Positions 55,217-64,000 of a DNA stretch of 64,000 nt are shown here, piece after piece (positions within the stretch are counted from its first letter, which is position 1; each line of letters begins with the position of its first letter). The notes under the pieces are model-generated. The model saw only the letters and a list, made by a program, of their open reading frames with translations. It did no database searches and was not told the origin of the DNA. The position numbers and the translations under genes are program-made. Origin of the DNA: Sphingobacteriaceae bacterium (GTDB lineage Bacteria; Bacteroidota; Bacteroidia; UBA7662). The DNA lies in the NCBI GenBank assembly GCA_030682795.1, contig JAUXNJ010000009.1, forward strand, positions 8,582 through 72,581, in the 5' to 3' direction.

Positions 55217-55223
55217 ATTTTTG
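55216..55223 (+). promoter_or_regulatory. Candidate -7 box (TATTTTTG)
   Basis: TAnnTTTG 14 nt upstream of the ATG at 55238, implying a very short leader. Confidence 0.4.
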
Positions 55224-55237
55224 ACCAAAATACATCT

Positions 55238-56413
55238 ATGCTTGACAGCCTGCTTAGCCCGCTCGACAATAGTCAGTTTTTTGAAACTGCGTCATATCCC
55301 ATGAATACTTTCGGTGCTAAAGTAAATAAGCACTTACAGGCCTTTCCTTCGCTAGAGGGCGTTAAAATGGCCATTGTAGGCGTACTGGAGTCTCGGCAAC
55401 AACCCGAAAACCCAGGAGCGGCGCATGGAGCCGATTTCATTCGTCAGGAATTTTACCGCCTCTATTGCATGGAAAATGATTGCGAAATCGTAGATCTAGG
55501 GAATATCAAAGCAGGCCACACCGTGCAAGACACACATGTGGCTTTGCGAGAGGTATGCTGGTCATTGATTAAGCAACAAGTCGTACCAATCGTATTAGGT
55601 GGAAGTCGAGACATGGCCTACGGCCAATATTTAGCTTATGCGCAATACGACAGCACGATTGATCTGGCGGCCATTGATGCACGTTTCCATTTAAAAGATG
55701 AGGGAGAAGAAAGTGCCACCAACGCTAATAATTTTCTGTTCAAAATCATTGCCCACCAGCCCAGTCACCTCTTTAATTATGTGAATTTGGGGTATCAATC
55801 GTACCTCGTTGACCGGGAAGAAGTACGCTTGCTCGAAAAACTCTTCTTTGATGCGGTACGCTTAGGTGAAGTGCGCGCTAATTTAGAAGAGGCAGAGCCC
55901 TATTTGAGGGCAGCCGATATGCTGTACATCGACATCGCAGCAGTTCGCAAAGCCGATGCGCCGGGCAATCCCTTGGGCTCGCCCAATGGACTGTTTGCTC
56001 ATGAGCTTTGTCAGCTCACCCGCTATGCTGGCTTAAGCGATAAGCTCAGTTCGATTGGGTTTTATGAGTACGATCCGGGCAGCGACCGGCAACTGGTAAC
56101 AGCGGCTACCCTGGCACAAGCCATTTGGTACTTTATTGATGGCTATGCAAATAGGATGAATGATTTGCCAAAGGTTAAAAACCGCACCTTTATCAAATAC
56201 ACGACCACTTTAAAGGCAGGCAAACACGACTTGGTATTCTACAAAAGCAAAAAATCAGGCCGCTGGTGGATGGAAGTGACGCTACCCCCCATCAAAGGCA
56301 GCAAAAAGGAACGCACACATTTGGTACCTTGCTCGTATAACGACTACTTAATGGCGGGAAAAGACGAATTGCCCGATAAATGGTGGAAATTTCACCAAAA
56401 GTACATGGTGTAG
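55238..56413 (+). CDS. Arginase/formiminoglutamase-fold protein with degenerate metal-binding motifs and a ~90-aa basic/aromatic C-terminal extension
   Basis: Collinear with HutG-type motifs, but the ligands differ. GGSRD replaces GGxHx, DARFH replaces DAHxD, and YIDIAAV replaces SxDxDxxDP. The APG..SPNGL and YEYDPGSD regions are retained. Confidence 0.7.
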   Translation: MLDSLLSPLDNSQFFETASYPMNTFGAKVNKHLQAFPSLEGVKMAIVGVLESRQQPENPGAAHGADFIRQEFYRLYCMENDCEIVDLGNIKAGHTVQDTHVALREVCWSLIKQQVVPIVLGGSRDMAYGQYLAYAQYDSTIDLAAIDARFHLKDEGEESATNANNFLFKIIAHQPSHLFNYVNLGYQSYLVDREEVRLLEKLFFDAVRLGEVRANLEEAEPYLRAADMLYIDIAAVRKADAPGNPLGSPNGLFAHELCQLTRYAGLSDKLSSIGFYEYDPGSDRQLVTAATLAQAIWYFIDGYANRMNDLPKVKNRTFIKYTTTLKAGKHDLVFYKSKKSGRWWMEVTLPPIKGSKKERTHLVPCSYNDYLMAGKDELPDKWWKFHQKYMV

Positions 56414-56457
56414 TTGGGAGAAGTCGCCATTCTAACCGAGCTTCGGAATGCCGCCTG

Positions 56458-57777
56458 TTAATCGCTTGTAACGTATTTTTCCATAGCCATCCCGCGTGAG
56501 CCCTTCACTAAAATTACAGCATCTTTAAAGAGGCTTAAGGGTTGTGCTGCTTTCAAACCCGGCAAGTCTTGGTAAAATTTATAGGCAGGGAAAGCATGGG
56601 CATGTGCACCGAACAAAGGGCCGCACAAAAGTGCCTCTTCAATGCCCTGCTCTTGCATCAAGGTTAACAAAGCCAGGTGTTCCGCTTCGGCAGCATCTCC
56701 CAATTCAAACATATCTCCAAATACAGCCACCCGTTGGCTCGACCGAATGCCAGCCAAATTTTCAACCGCAGCCTGCATGCTATGCGGATTGGCGTTGTAG
56801 GCGTCGAGGATGATGCGGTTGCCATGCAACTCCAACAATTGAGAACGGTTGTTGGCTGGTTCGTAGCTTGCCAAAGCCTCGTTAATCTTATGATAAGGGA
56901 CGCTGAGATGACGGGCCACGCAGGCAGCGGCCAGCAAGTTTACGAAGTTATAACGACCATAGAGCTTGGTTTCAACTTGGGGTGCCCGCAACATGAGGCG
57001 GTAGCTGTTTTCCCACTGAAAGCGTAGCTGCCAATCGGCGTCAAGCAAGCGGCCTACACAATCGGCTTCTTTGCTTTCGCCATAATAAATGGCTGAGCGC
57101 ATTTTGGCAGTATAGGCCATCAAATCGGCGTTTTCGTAATGCACAAAAGCTTGTCCGCCCGTTTCAGCCAAATATTTATACAGCTCACATTCGGTTTCGA
57201 TGATGGCTTCAAGACTGCCAAAACCTTCGAGATGTTCCTTGCCTACCGAGGTAACCACCCCTAAATCGGGTTGAGCAATTTCGCACAATGGCATCACTTC
57301 TCCCGGGTGATTGGCGCCCATTTCAATCACGGCCACCTCCGTATCTAATGGCATGCGCAAGAGGGTGATGGGTACTCCAATGTGGTTGTTAAGATTGCCA
57401 GGGGTAGCCCAACAGCGGTAATGACTAGCGATAGCCACTTTGAGCAGCTCCTTAGTTGTGGTTTTGCCGTTGGAGCCTGTGATGCCAATTACCCTTAGTC
57501 CTGGTATCGCCCTACGATGAAACGCAGCTAACGCTTGTAATGTCTCTAATACGTCTTCAACGAGCATAAACCGCTCATTTAGTCCTGCCTGAGGTTCGTC
57601 AATCACCACCCAAGCCGCACCCTGTTCCAGGGCTTGAGCGGCAAACGAATTGCCATTGAAGCTCGGTCCTTTTAACGCAAAAAAGATGTCGCCCGGCCGA
57701 ATATTTCGGGTATCCGTGGTAAATGCGCCGCCTTGCGCCTGCAAGCGTTGATATAGTAATTCTGTGTTTACCGCCAT
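56458..57777 (-). CDS. murF: UDP-N-acetylmuramoyl-tripeptide--D-alanyl-D-alanine ligase
   Basis: Start trimmed to MAVNTELLYQ (ATG at 57777). ITGSNGKTTTKE P-loop and DAYNANP motif. 439 aa. Confidence 0.9.
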   Translation of the reverse strand: MAVNTELLYQRLQAQGGAFTTDTRNIRPGDIFFALKGPSFNGNSFAAQALEQGAAWVVIDEPQAGLNERFMLVEDVLETLQALAAFHRRAIPGLRVIGITGSNGKTTTKELLKVAIASHYRCWATPGNLNNHIGVPITLLRMPLDTEVAVIEMGANHPGEVMPLCEIAQPDLGVVTSVGKEHLEGFGSLEAIIETECELYKYLAETGGQAFVHYENADLMAYTAKMRSAIYYGESKEADCVGRLLDADWQLRFQWENSYRLMLRAPQVETKLYGRYNFVNLLAAACVARHLSVPYHKINEALASYEPANNRSQLLELHGNRIILDAYNANPHSMQAAVENLAGIRSSQRVAVFGDMFELGDAAEAEHLALLTLMQEQGIEEALLCGPLFGAHAHAFPAYKFYQDLPGLKAAQPLSLFKDAVILVKGSRGMAMEKYVTSD

Positions 57778-58057
57778 ATGTCTATGCCCCATCGAAGCGA
57801 TGCTAAATTCGTAAAAAAGGGCATTCCTCGCTTTATATTTCAAGAATATGTGTGATGCTTTTTGCTTTTTCTGATAGGCGCTTTGCGTGGACTGGGCCAG
57901 AACCCTGGGCTTTGCTTTCAAAAACAACCCTACTTCCGCTTCTGAAATGGCGATAACGCCGCCTATTGCTGCTGTTTAATGCTTGTTACAACCATTAAAT
58001 TACGATTAAAAGGCACCAAATGCACCTACAATTAGTAATTTAGTGCAAATTGTGTTT

Positions 58058-60271
58058 ATGAAAAAGCTGCTATCACTTCTGCTCTTTATTTTTTTGAATC
58101 ACATGGCTCTGGCGCAGTTTTTTCGCTTTGAGCCATATAGCGCTGTTGGGGTGCAGCAAAATGGTTACAGCTTAAAACATCCCTGGGCTGGCGGCTTAGC
58201 AAGTCCCCAATTTCAAGAGATAGACATGGATGGCGATGGGACGGAGGACCTCGTTGTTTTTGACCGGGTAGATGAAAAGGCAAATGTATTTCTTCGCAAA
58301 CAAGAAGGTGGGATTTATCGTTGGGTGCATGCGCCAGACTATGTGTATGCCCTTCCTCCTATTCGCGATTGGTTTTATCTGATTGATTTAAATGGGAATG
58401 GCCGAAAGGATTTGTTCACAGGCTCCAATGGTGGGGTAACGGTTTATGAAAATGTAGGCAGTGGCAGTAGGCCCTTTTTTGTTTTACGTCGTGCGGCTGT
58501 AGACGCCCTTTGGGATTTTGGTTTTCGTACTGGAATTTTAGTCATGAACATCGATCGGCCTGGTATCGGCGACTTGGATGGAGATGGCGATATTGACATC
58601 ATTTCGTTTGACAATTTCGACATTGGCAAAGTAACGTATTTCAGAAATATGTCGGTAGAACGTTACGGAAATGCTGATTCCCTTGATTTCATTGTCGCCT
58701 CTCGTTGCTGGGGTCGTTTCGAAGAGAGTCAGTTTAACTCCAACGTGACCATGGGTTTGGCTGCCAATTGTTTTGCGCCTTTGCCAATGCCCGGCGTGGT
58801 TGCGCGGGTGCAGCACGTTGGTTCAACCATCACGCCTATTAATGCTAACAAAGACAGCCTGATGGATATTCTCTTGGGCGACGTAGAAGTTTCAAGTTTA
58901 AAATACTTGCGTAATGGCGGCAGTAGAGATACCGCCAGGATTACCCAAGTACACAATAACTTCCCACATTACGATACCCTTACAAATGTCCGGTTATTCC
59001 CAGCCGGCTATCTCATTGATGTAGATTACGACGGCCGAAAAGATTTGGTGATTGCTCCTAATGATTATTTCGAATCCACGCTTACCAATCACGTTTGGTA
59101 TTACCGCAATCAAAGCAGCACAGCACAAGACTCTTTTCGTTTCGTTAGCAAATCTTTTCTCATCGAAGATATTTTACAATATTATACAAATGCTGCCCCA
59201 TTAGCTGTGGATGTATCTGGCGACGGGAAGCAAGATTTGCTGATAGCGTTTGAAAATGGCCAATACAAAGGCGTTGTGCATTATTACCAAAATATTGGCA
59301 GTGTAAATGAGCCTTTGTATAGTTTGATCGACACCAGTTTTCTACGCTTAGACAGTTTAAATGTGCGCTTTCCGCGGATGACTGCTGGTGATTTAGACGG
59401 GGACGGCAAAAAAGACCTGTTGATAGGGACCTTTGCTGGACCTATTTTGCACTATAGGAATACAGGCAGCTTGGGTAATGTGAATTTTCAATTGATGAGC
59501 ACTGATTTTCAATCCTTAAACCTCCCAAATGCCACAGCACCTGAATTGGTAGACTTGAATAGAGATGGGAAATTAGACTTACTTATTGGCACCCGATCGG
59601 GTGAGGTTCAATATCATCAGAATGTTGGCACCACCGCCGTCCCGCAGCTCAGTCTGGTTACAAATACCTTAGGAAATATACGCGTATCTAACTTTTTCAC
59701 TGGTTTTGCAGTGCCGCGCATATCTGATTTTAATGCCAATGGCAACTATGACCTTATGGTGGGATCGGAAAGTGGTAAAGTTTACTTTTACCCTGATATA
59801 GAGGGAAATTTAACGGGGACCTTTGCCAATCGCAGTTTAGCCTTTTTCTATCCAGAAACAGGGGTATACGACAGCACGCGTCATTCTTATTATGCCACAC
59901 CTACGGTTGCCCAGCTGAATGGTGATACGCTGCCCGACCTATTAATAGGTACTTTCAGAGGCGGCGTTCTTGCGTTCAGAAACAATTTGTCAACTGTCAG
60001 TATCCCCTATTTAGGAAGTAGTCAAGCCCGTACGAAGGTGTATCCCAATCCCACGAATGATGGCCTTTTTAATGTTTTAGTTGAAGAGGATGGCGCTATG
60101 ATTGCTTCTATTCAAATTTTTGATTTACAGGGTCGCTTGTTGGAGGTTTTTCGTTTTGCTGGCAATGAGACACGCGCTCAAGTACAAGCGAAAAGTAAGG
60201 GCTTGCTATTGGTGCGGGTAGAACTCAAGGACGGACGTTACTCTAATCAGCGTTTAGTGGCTGCGCCGTAA
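58058..60271 (+). CDS. FG-GAP/VCBS-repeat protein with T9SS type-A C-terminal sorting domain
   Basis: Signal peptide MKKLLSLLLFIFLNHMALAQ. At least 9 Ca-binding-like repeats (DMDGDGTEDLVVF, DLDGDGDIDII, DVSGDGKQDLLIA, DLDGDGKKDLLIG, DLNRDGKLDLLIG ...). C-terminal KVYPNPTNDGLFNV...LLLVRVEL. Confidence 0.85.
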   Translation: MKKLLSLLLFIFLNHMALAQFFRFEPYSAVGVQQNGYSLKHPWAGGLASPQFQEIDMDGDGTEDLVVFDRVDEKANVFLRKQEGGIYRWVHAPDYVYALPPIRDWFYLIDLNGNGRKDLFTGSNGGVTVYENVGSGSRPFFVLRRAAVDALWDFGFRTGILVMNIDRPGIGDLDGDGDIDIISFDNFDIGKVTYFRNMSVERYGNADSLDFIVASRCWGRFEESQFNSNVTMGLAANCFAPLPMPGVVARVQHVGSTITPINANKDSLMDILLGDVEVSSLKYLRNGGSRDTARITQVHNNFPHYDTLTNVRLFPAGYLIDVDYDGRKDLVIAPNDYFESTLTNHVWYYRNQSSTAQDSFRFVSKSFLIEDILQYYTNAAPLAVDVSGDGKQDLLIAFENGQYKGVVHYYQNIGSVNEPLYSLIDTSFLRLDSLNVRFPRMTAGDLDGDGKKDLLIGTFAGPILHYRNTGSLGNVNFQLMSTDFQSLNLPNATAPELVDLNRDGKLDLLIGTRSGEVQYHQNVGTTAVPQLSLVTNTLGNIRVSNFFTGFAVPRISDFNANGNYDLMVGSESGKVYFYPDIEGNLTGTFANRSLAFFYPETGVYDSTRHSYYATPTVAQLNGDTLPDLLIGTFRGGVLAFRNNLSTVSIPYLGSSQARTKVYPNPTNDGLFNVLVEEDGAMIASIQIFDLQGRLLEVFRFAGNETRAQVQAKSKGLLLVRVELKDGRYSNQRLVAAP

Positions 60272-60394
60272 GCGCACCGATCTTCATGATTTTGCAATAC
60301 TTTACATAAATAAAAGAGAAGTTCGCAGTTACGCCCTATTTCGTTTATTTTTACGCTTCAAATTCTCCTTTAAAACGAAGGGTGCAGTCTATTT

Positions 60395-61303
60395 ATGTCG
60401 GTTAAAGTACAAGACCTTACCAAGATTTACGGGATTCAAAAAGCCATTGACCACATCAGCTTTGACATTGCTGAGGGAGCCATAGTTGGTTTATTGGGGC
60501 CTAATGGTGCTGGTAAAAGCACCACGATGAAAATTCTAACTGGTTTTATTCCACAATCAAGTGGCAACGCTTGGGTGCATGGTCATGACGTTGGTGTTGA
60601 CAGTCTGGAAGTACGTCGCTTAACCGGCTATCTTCCTGAAAGCAACCCCCTATATACAGATATGTATGTAAAAGAGTATTTGCACTATGTAGCAGGCTTT
60701 TACAAAATTGCTCGTACAGAGGCCCGGGTTAAAGAAATGATTGATATTACTGGCTTAGGCATTGAGCAGCACAAAAAAATAGGGCAGTTATCAAAAGGTT
60801 ACCGTCAGCGGGTGGGTTTGGCACAGGCCATGATTCACGACCCAAAAGTATTGATTTTGGATGAGCCAACATCGGGTCTTGATCCAAACCAATTGGTTGA
60901 TATCCGTAAACTCATTACAGAAATTGGCAAGCAAAAAACGATTATTCTGAGCACCCACATCATGCAAGAAGTAGAAGCCATGTGTGAGCGCGTGATTATC
61001 ATCAATCGAGGCAAGATGGTAGCCAATGATAGTGTAGCACAGCTGCAGAAGAAAACCGGAGCAGCGAGTGTGCAGGTTGAATTCAGCGCTTCTGTTGAAA
61101 TTGGACTGCTGAAAAAACTCCCGGGCATTGTTGAGGTACGCAATGAGGGTGGCAACCGCTGGGTTGTAAGTGGAACCGCTAAAACCGATATCCGTAAGCT
61201 TTTATTTGATTTTGCAGTGCAAAAACAGTTAACCGTGTTGAGTCTTAACCAACGCGAGAACTCCCTGGAAGAAGTTTTTCGTGAATTAACCCGTAAAAAA
61301 TAA
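60395..61303 (+). CDS. gldA: Gliding-motility ABC transporter ATP-binding subunit
   Basis: [13 protein letters not shown] Walker A, LSKGYRQRVGLAQAM signature, LILDEPTSGLDP Walker B. It is followed directly by gldF and gldG. Confidence 0.8.
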   Translation: MSVKVQDLTKIYGIQKAIDHISFDIAEGAIVGLLGPNGAGKSTTMKILTGFIPQSSGNAWVHGHDVGVDSLEVRRLTGYLPESNPLYTDMYVKEYLHYVAGFYKIARTEARVKEMIDITGLGIEQHKKIGQLSKGYRQRVGLAQAMIHDPKVLILDEPTSGLDPNQLVDIRKLITEIGKQKTIILSTHIMQEVEAMCERVIIINRGKMVANDSVAQLQKKTGAASVQVEFSASVEIGLLKKLPGIVEVRNEGGNRWVVSGTAKTDIRKLLFDFAVQKQLTVLSLNQRENSLEEVFRELTRKK

Positions 61304-61306
61304 GGT

Positions 61307-62035
61307 ATGTTCACTGTTTTCAAACGAGAGATCAGCAGCTTCCTCAGCTCCCTCATCGCCTACATCGTTATTGTGGTGTTTTTATTGGTTACCGGGCTTT
61401 TCATGTGGGTTTTCCCCGATTATAGCTTGCTCGACTATGGTTATGCCAGTCTTGACCAATTATTCATCATCGGCCCCTGGTTATTCATGTTCCTGATACC
61501 TGCCATTACCATGCGTTTTTTTTCAGAAGAAAAACGGACAGGGACCATTGAATTGCTCTTTACCAAGCCTGTAACCGATTTACAAATCATCTTGGGTAAG
61601 TTTTTGGCCGGATTTGCTTTGGTTTTATTTGCTGTATTGCCTACTATTTTATATGCCATCACCCTGTGGTATTTGGCCGATCCGGTGGGGAATATTGATA
61701 CTGGGGGAATACTAGGCTCTTATATTGGATTGCTTTTACTTGGGGCTGTGTTTGTGAGCATTGGCATCTTCGCTTCTGCCATCACCGAAAATCAAATAGT
61801 AGCCTTCATTGTGGGGTTATTCTTATGTTTTTTCATGTATAGCGCTTTTGAAAGTTTAAAGCTTTTAAATTTCCCAGTAAAAACGCAGCTGATTTTAGAA
61901 CAGCTTGGTATCAGCTCACACTTTTATGCCATGAGCAAAGGCGTATTAGATACCCGTGATCTCGTTTACTTCGGAAGCGTCATCAGCTTATTTGTGATGT
62001 TAACTAAAACCGTTTTGGAGAGCAGAAAATGGTAA
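61307..62035 (+). CDS. gldF: Gliding-motility ABC transporter permease
   Basis: ABC-2-type six-TM permease. The N-terminus FKREISSFLSSLIAYIVIVVFLLVTGLFMWVF is typical of GldF. Confidence 0.8.
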   Translation: MFTVFKREISSFLSSLIAYIVIVVFLLVTGLFMWVFPDYSLLDYGYASLDQLFIIGPWLFMFLIPAITMRFFSEEKRTGTIELLFTKPVTDLQIILGKFLAGFALVLFAVLPTILYAITLWYLADPVGNIDTGGILGSYIGLLLLGAVFVSIGIFASAITENQIVAFIVGLFLCFFMYSAFESLKLLNFPVKTQLILEQLGISSHFYAMSKGVLDTRDLVYFGSVISLFVMLTKTVLESRKW

Positions 62036-63762
62036 AATCACCTAATAATAGCCGACCAAACCGTAGCCAATCGCTTGTGCGTTTGGCCATCCTGCTGAGC
62101 ATTTTAATTGTTATTAATGTACTGGCAGGATTTATCTATACCCGCTTCGACCTCACCAGAGAAAAACGCTATTCCTTAGCACCCGGCACCAAAGAGCTCT
62201 TGAGCAATTTGCAGGATATTGTATACATCAAAGTATATCTGGAGGGTGATTTTCCCCCTGGATTTCAAAAATTGCAAAGTTCGGTTAAAGACATGTTAGC
62301 TGAAATGAGGAGACTGGCAGGTGGTAATTTAGAGTTTGAATTTGTAAATCCCGCTGACCAACCTTCCGAATTAGCCACCAATCAACTTTATGAGCAGCTT
62401 TACAAATTAGGCTTACAACCTACCGATTTACAAAATCGTACCACCGACGGCATGCAGCGGAAGGTGATTTGGCCCGGTGCAATAGTGTATTATCGCAACA
62501 AGGAGGTTGCTTCCAATTTCCTTCTTGGCGCGGGTGCGGGCGGAACTCCCATGGAAATCATCAATGCTTCTGAGGAAGCCCTCGAATATACATTAGCCAA
62601 CGCCATCAAAAAAGCAACTAGTTTGTACAAGCCGCGTATCGCTTTTACCGATGGGCATGGGGAATTAGATGGTGTAGCCACCAGTGATATCGCCAGGGCC
62701 TTAAGTGAGTTTTATACATTGCAGCGGTACGATGTAAAGACCATTGAAGCCATTCCTACCGATATAGATTTATTGGTTATTGCCAAACCAAGCAGGCGGC
62801 TAACCGATTGGAGTAAGTATAAAATCGATAACTTCATCATGCGCGGCGGAAAAGTACTTTGGCTGCTGGATGGCGTAGGTGCTGCCATGGATAGCATGAC
62901 CAGCGACAACTTCTTCATGGCCATGCCAAATGATTTGGGAGTTGACGATATGCTGTTTAAGTATGGAGTTCGTATCAATGCCGATTTGATTCAAGACGTC
63001 AAAGCATCCCGCATACCAATTGTTTATGGCATGTCTGGTGGCCAACCACAGCAAAAACTCTTCCCTTGGTTTTATTTCCCGCTCATCAGTGGCGAAACCC
63101 AACATCCCATTGTACGCAACCTCGACCCCATCTCTTTCCAATTTGTAAGTAGTATTGACCTAATAGATGCCCCTGGAGTAGATAAATCGGTACTGCTACG
63201 CAGTAGTAACCTCAGCCGTAAACTCATGGCCCCTGTGCGGGTGAATCTGCAGCTTGCTACCGAGCAAAGTAAAGAGGAGCAGTTTAACAAGCCTAACCAA
63301 AATGTTGCAGTATTGTTGGAAGGTCAATTTCCGTCCTTCTTCAAAAACCGATACCTCAATGAGTTTGCACAAAATGCCATTGATTCTTTGGGCATGCAAC
63401 AAAAAGAGGTAAGCGTAAAAACCAAAATGATTGTGATTTCAGATGGTGATGTGATTCGCAACCATGTAAGAAAAAACTCACAGGAAATTTTTCCACTTGG
63501 CTTCGACCGATATACGAACCAGATGTATGGAAATAAGGTGTTTTTAATGAATGCCATTGACTATTTACTCGACGATGCTGCCCTGATCAATGTGCGCTCT
63601 AAGCAAATTACCCTCCGTATGTTAGACGGAAAGAAAGTAACCGAACAAAAAAAGCGGTGGCAGGCGCTCAATCTTGGATTACCTGTGCTCTTGTTAATTA
63701 TTTTCGGATTCGGCCGAAATCAATGGCGCAAACGCAAATACGCCAGTAAAAAAGCTCTTTGA
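62029..63762 (+). CDS. gldG: Gliding-associated ABC transporter auxiliary/substrate-binding component
   Basis: N- and C-terminal TM anchors flank a large periplasmic domain. RFDLTREKRYSL is the typical GldG start. 7-nt overlap with gldF. 577 aa. Confidence 0.8.
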   Translation: MVKSPNNSRPNRSQSLVRLAILLSILIVINVLAGFIYTRFDLTREKRYSLAPGTKELLSNLQDIVYIKVYLEGDFPPGFQKLQSSVKDMLAEMRRLAGGNLEFEFVNPADQPSELATNQLYEQLYKLGLQPTDLQNRTTDGMQRKVIWPGAIVYYRNKEVASNFLLGAGAGGTPMEIINASEEALEYTLANAIKKATSLYKPRIAFTDGHGELDGVATSDIARALSEFYTLQRYDVKTIEAIPTDIDLLVIAKPSRRLTDWSKYKIDNFIMRGGKVLWLLDGVGAAMDSMTSDNFFMAMPNDLGVDDMLFKYGVRINADLIQDVKASRIPIVYGMSGGQPQQKLFPWFYFPLISGETQHPIVRNLDPISFQFVSSIDLIDAPGVDKSVLLRSSNLSRKLMAPVRVNLQLATEQSKEEQFNKPNQNVAVLLEGQFPSFFKNRYLNEFAQNAIDSLGMQQKEVSVKTKMIVISDGDVIRNHVRKNSQEIFPLGFDRYTNQMYGNKVFLMNAIDYLLDDAALINVRSKQITLRMLDGKKVTEQKKRWQALNLGLPVLLLIIFGFGRNQWRKRKYASKKAL

Positions 63763-64000
63763 TGAAAAAAAATCTTCTATACGCCGCTGTATTAATTATT
63801 CTCCTGGGAGTAGCCTGGTGGGTTACACAAAAAGACGACCGCAGTACGCTCGACCCCAATGAAACTGTGTTCATGGTCGAAGACACTGCAAGCATCGATC
63901 GCATTTTTATTGCCGATAAGTCGGGACGCAGCATTTTAGCCGAAAAGCAACAAGACGGCCGTTGGTTGGTCAACAATACTTACTACGCCCGCTGGGAGGT
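63762..64000 (+). CDS. DUF4340-like protein, N-terminal fragment; runs off the window
   Basis: Hand translation: MKKNLLYAAVLIILLGVAWWVTQKDDRSTLDPNETVFMVEDTASIDRIFIADKSGRSILAEKQQDGRWLVNN... TGATG overlap with gldG. DUF4340 commonly follows GldG-like genes. Confidence 0.55.
   Translation, partial: MKKNLLYAAVLIILLGVAWWVTQKDDRSTLDPNETVFMVEDTASIDRIFIADKSGRSILAEKQQDGRWLVNNTYYARWE

Noticed and set aside
1-64000. CRISPR arrays, tandem repeats, insertion sequences, prophage or known defence genes
   Set aside because: No spaced direct repeats were seen, and no transposase, integrase, recombinase, restriction-modification, toxin-antitoxin or other recognisable defence domain. The only repeats noted are short terminator or operator palindromes, intragenic protein repeats (FG-GAP, DUF1599) and the recurring short word GCGTTATTTG (20143 and 28164). 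Two copies of a 10-mer are too few to interpret.

Overview
This window reads as an ordinary core-chromosome segment of a gliding member of the phylum Bacteroidota. The evidence is gldA-gldF-gldG, a T9SS C-terminal sorting domain, a UpxY-type NusG paralogue, an IPExxxVDY protein, many TAnnTTTG -7 promoter boxes, and little or no Shine-Dalgarno signal. A finer taxonomic call is not possible from the sequence alone.

I can support about 72 protein-coding genes, two of them cut by the window edges, plus 2 tRNAs: Ser-GGA and a CAT-anticodon tRNA. There are also two gene remnants, about a dozen hairpin terminators and 13 candidate promoters. Most genes are housekeeping:
- Fatty-acid synthesis and RNA processing: acpP-fabF-rnc.
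- Central metabolism and cofactors: pyk, pdhA, ribH, lipA, gpmA, kbl, mce, ugd/uxs, folP, aroK, polyprenyl synthase.
- DNA repair: recF, recJ.
- Envelope: lptB, murF, an LpxH-like gene with a glycosyltransferase, and exbB-exbD-exbD.
- Signalling: cdaA.

I see no rRNA, CRISPR array, transposase, integrase, phage gene or recognisable defence gene. I did not find a convincing novel multi-gene system. The best leads are modest:
1. Two unannotated tandem mini-lipoproteins share a C-x4-CPAF motif. The second overlaps the start of a YtxJ-like redox protein (TAATG).
2. An AT-rich ~2.9 kb patch holds two regulators and a lipoprotein. It sits beside a non-SusCD pair of a TonB-dependent receptor and a large lipoprotein.
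3. An arginase/formiminoglutamase-fold protein appears to have lost most of its metal ligands.
4. An internally duplicated DUF1599 protein lies divergent from folP.
5. A gene-decay scar lies next to a persulfide-dioxygenase-like MBL-rhodanese gene.
6. A UpxY antiterminator sits at the 3' end of a two-gene uxs operon with no polysaccharide locus downstream.

All family assignments come from motif reading by eye. None has been checked against a database. The supplied ORF track uses alternative start codons and maximal ORFs, so I trimmed several starts.
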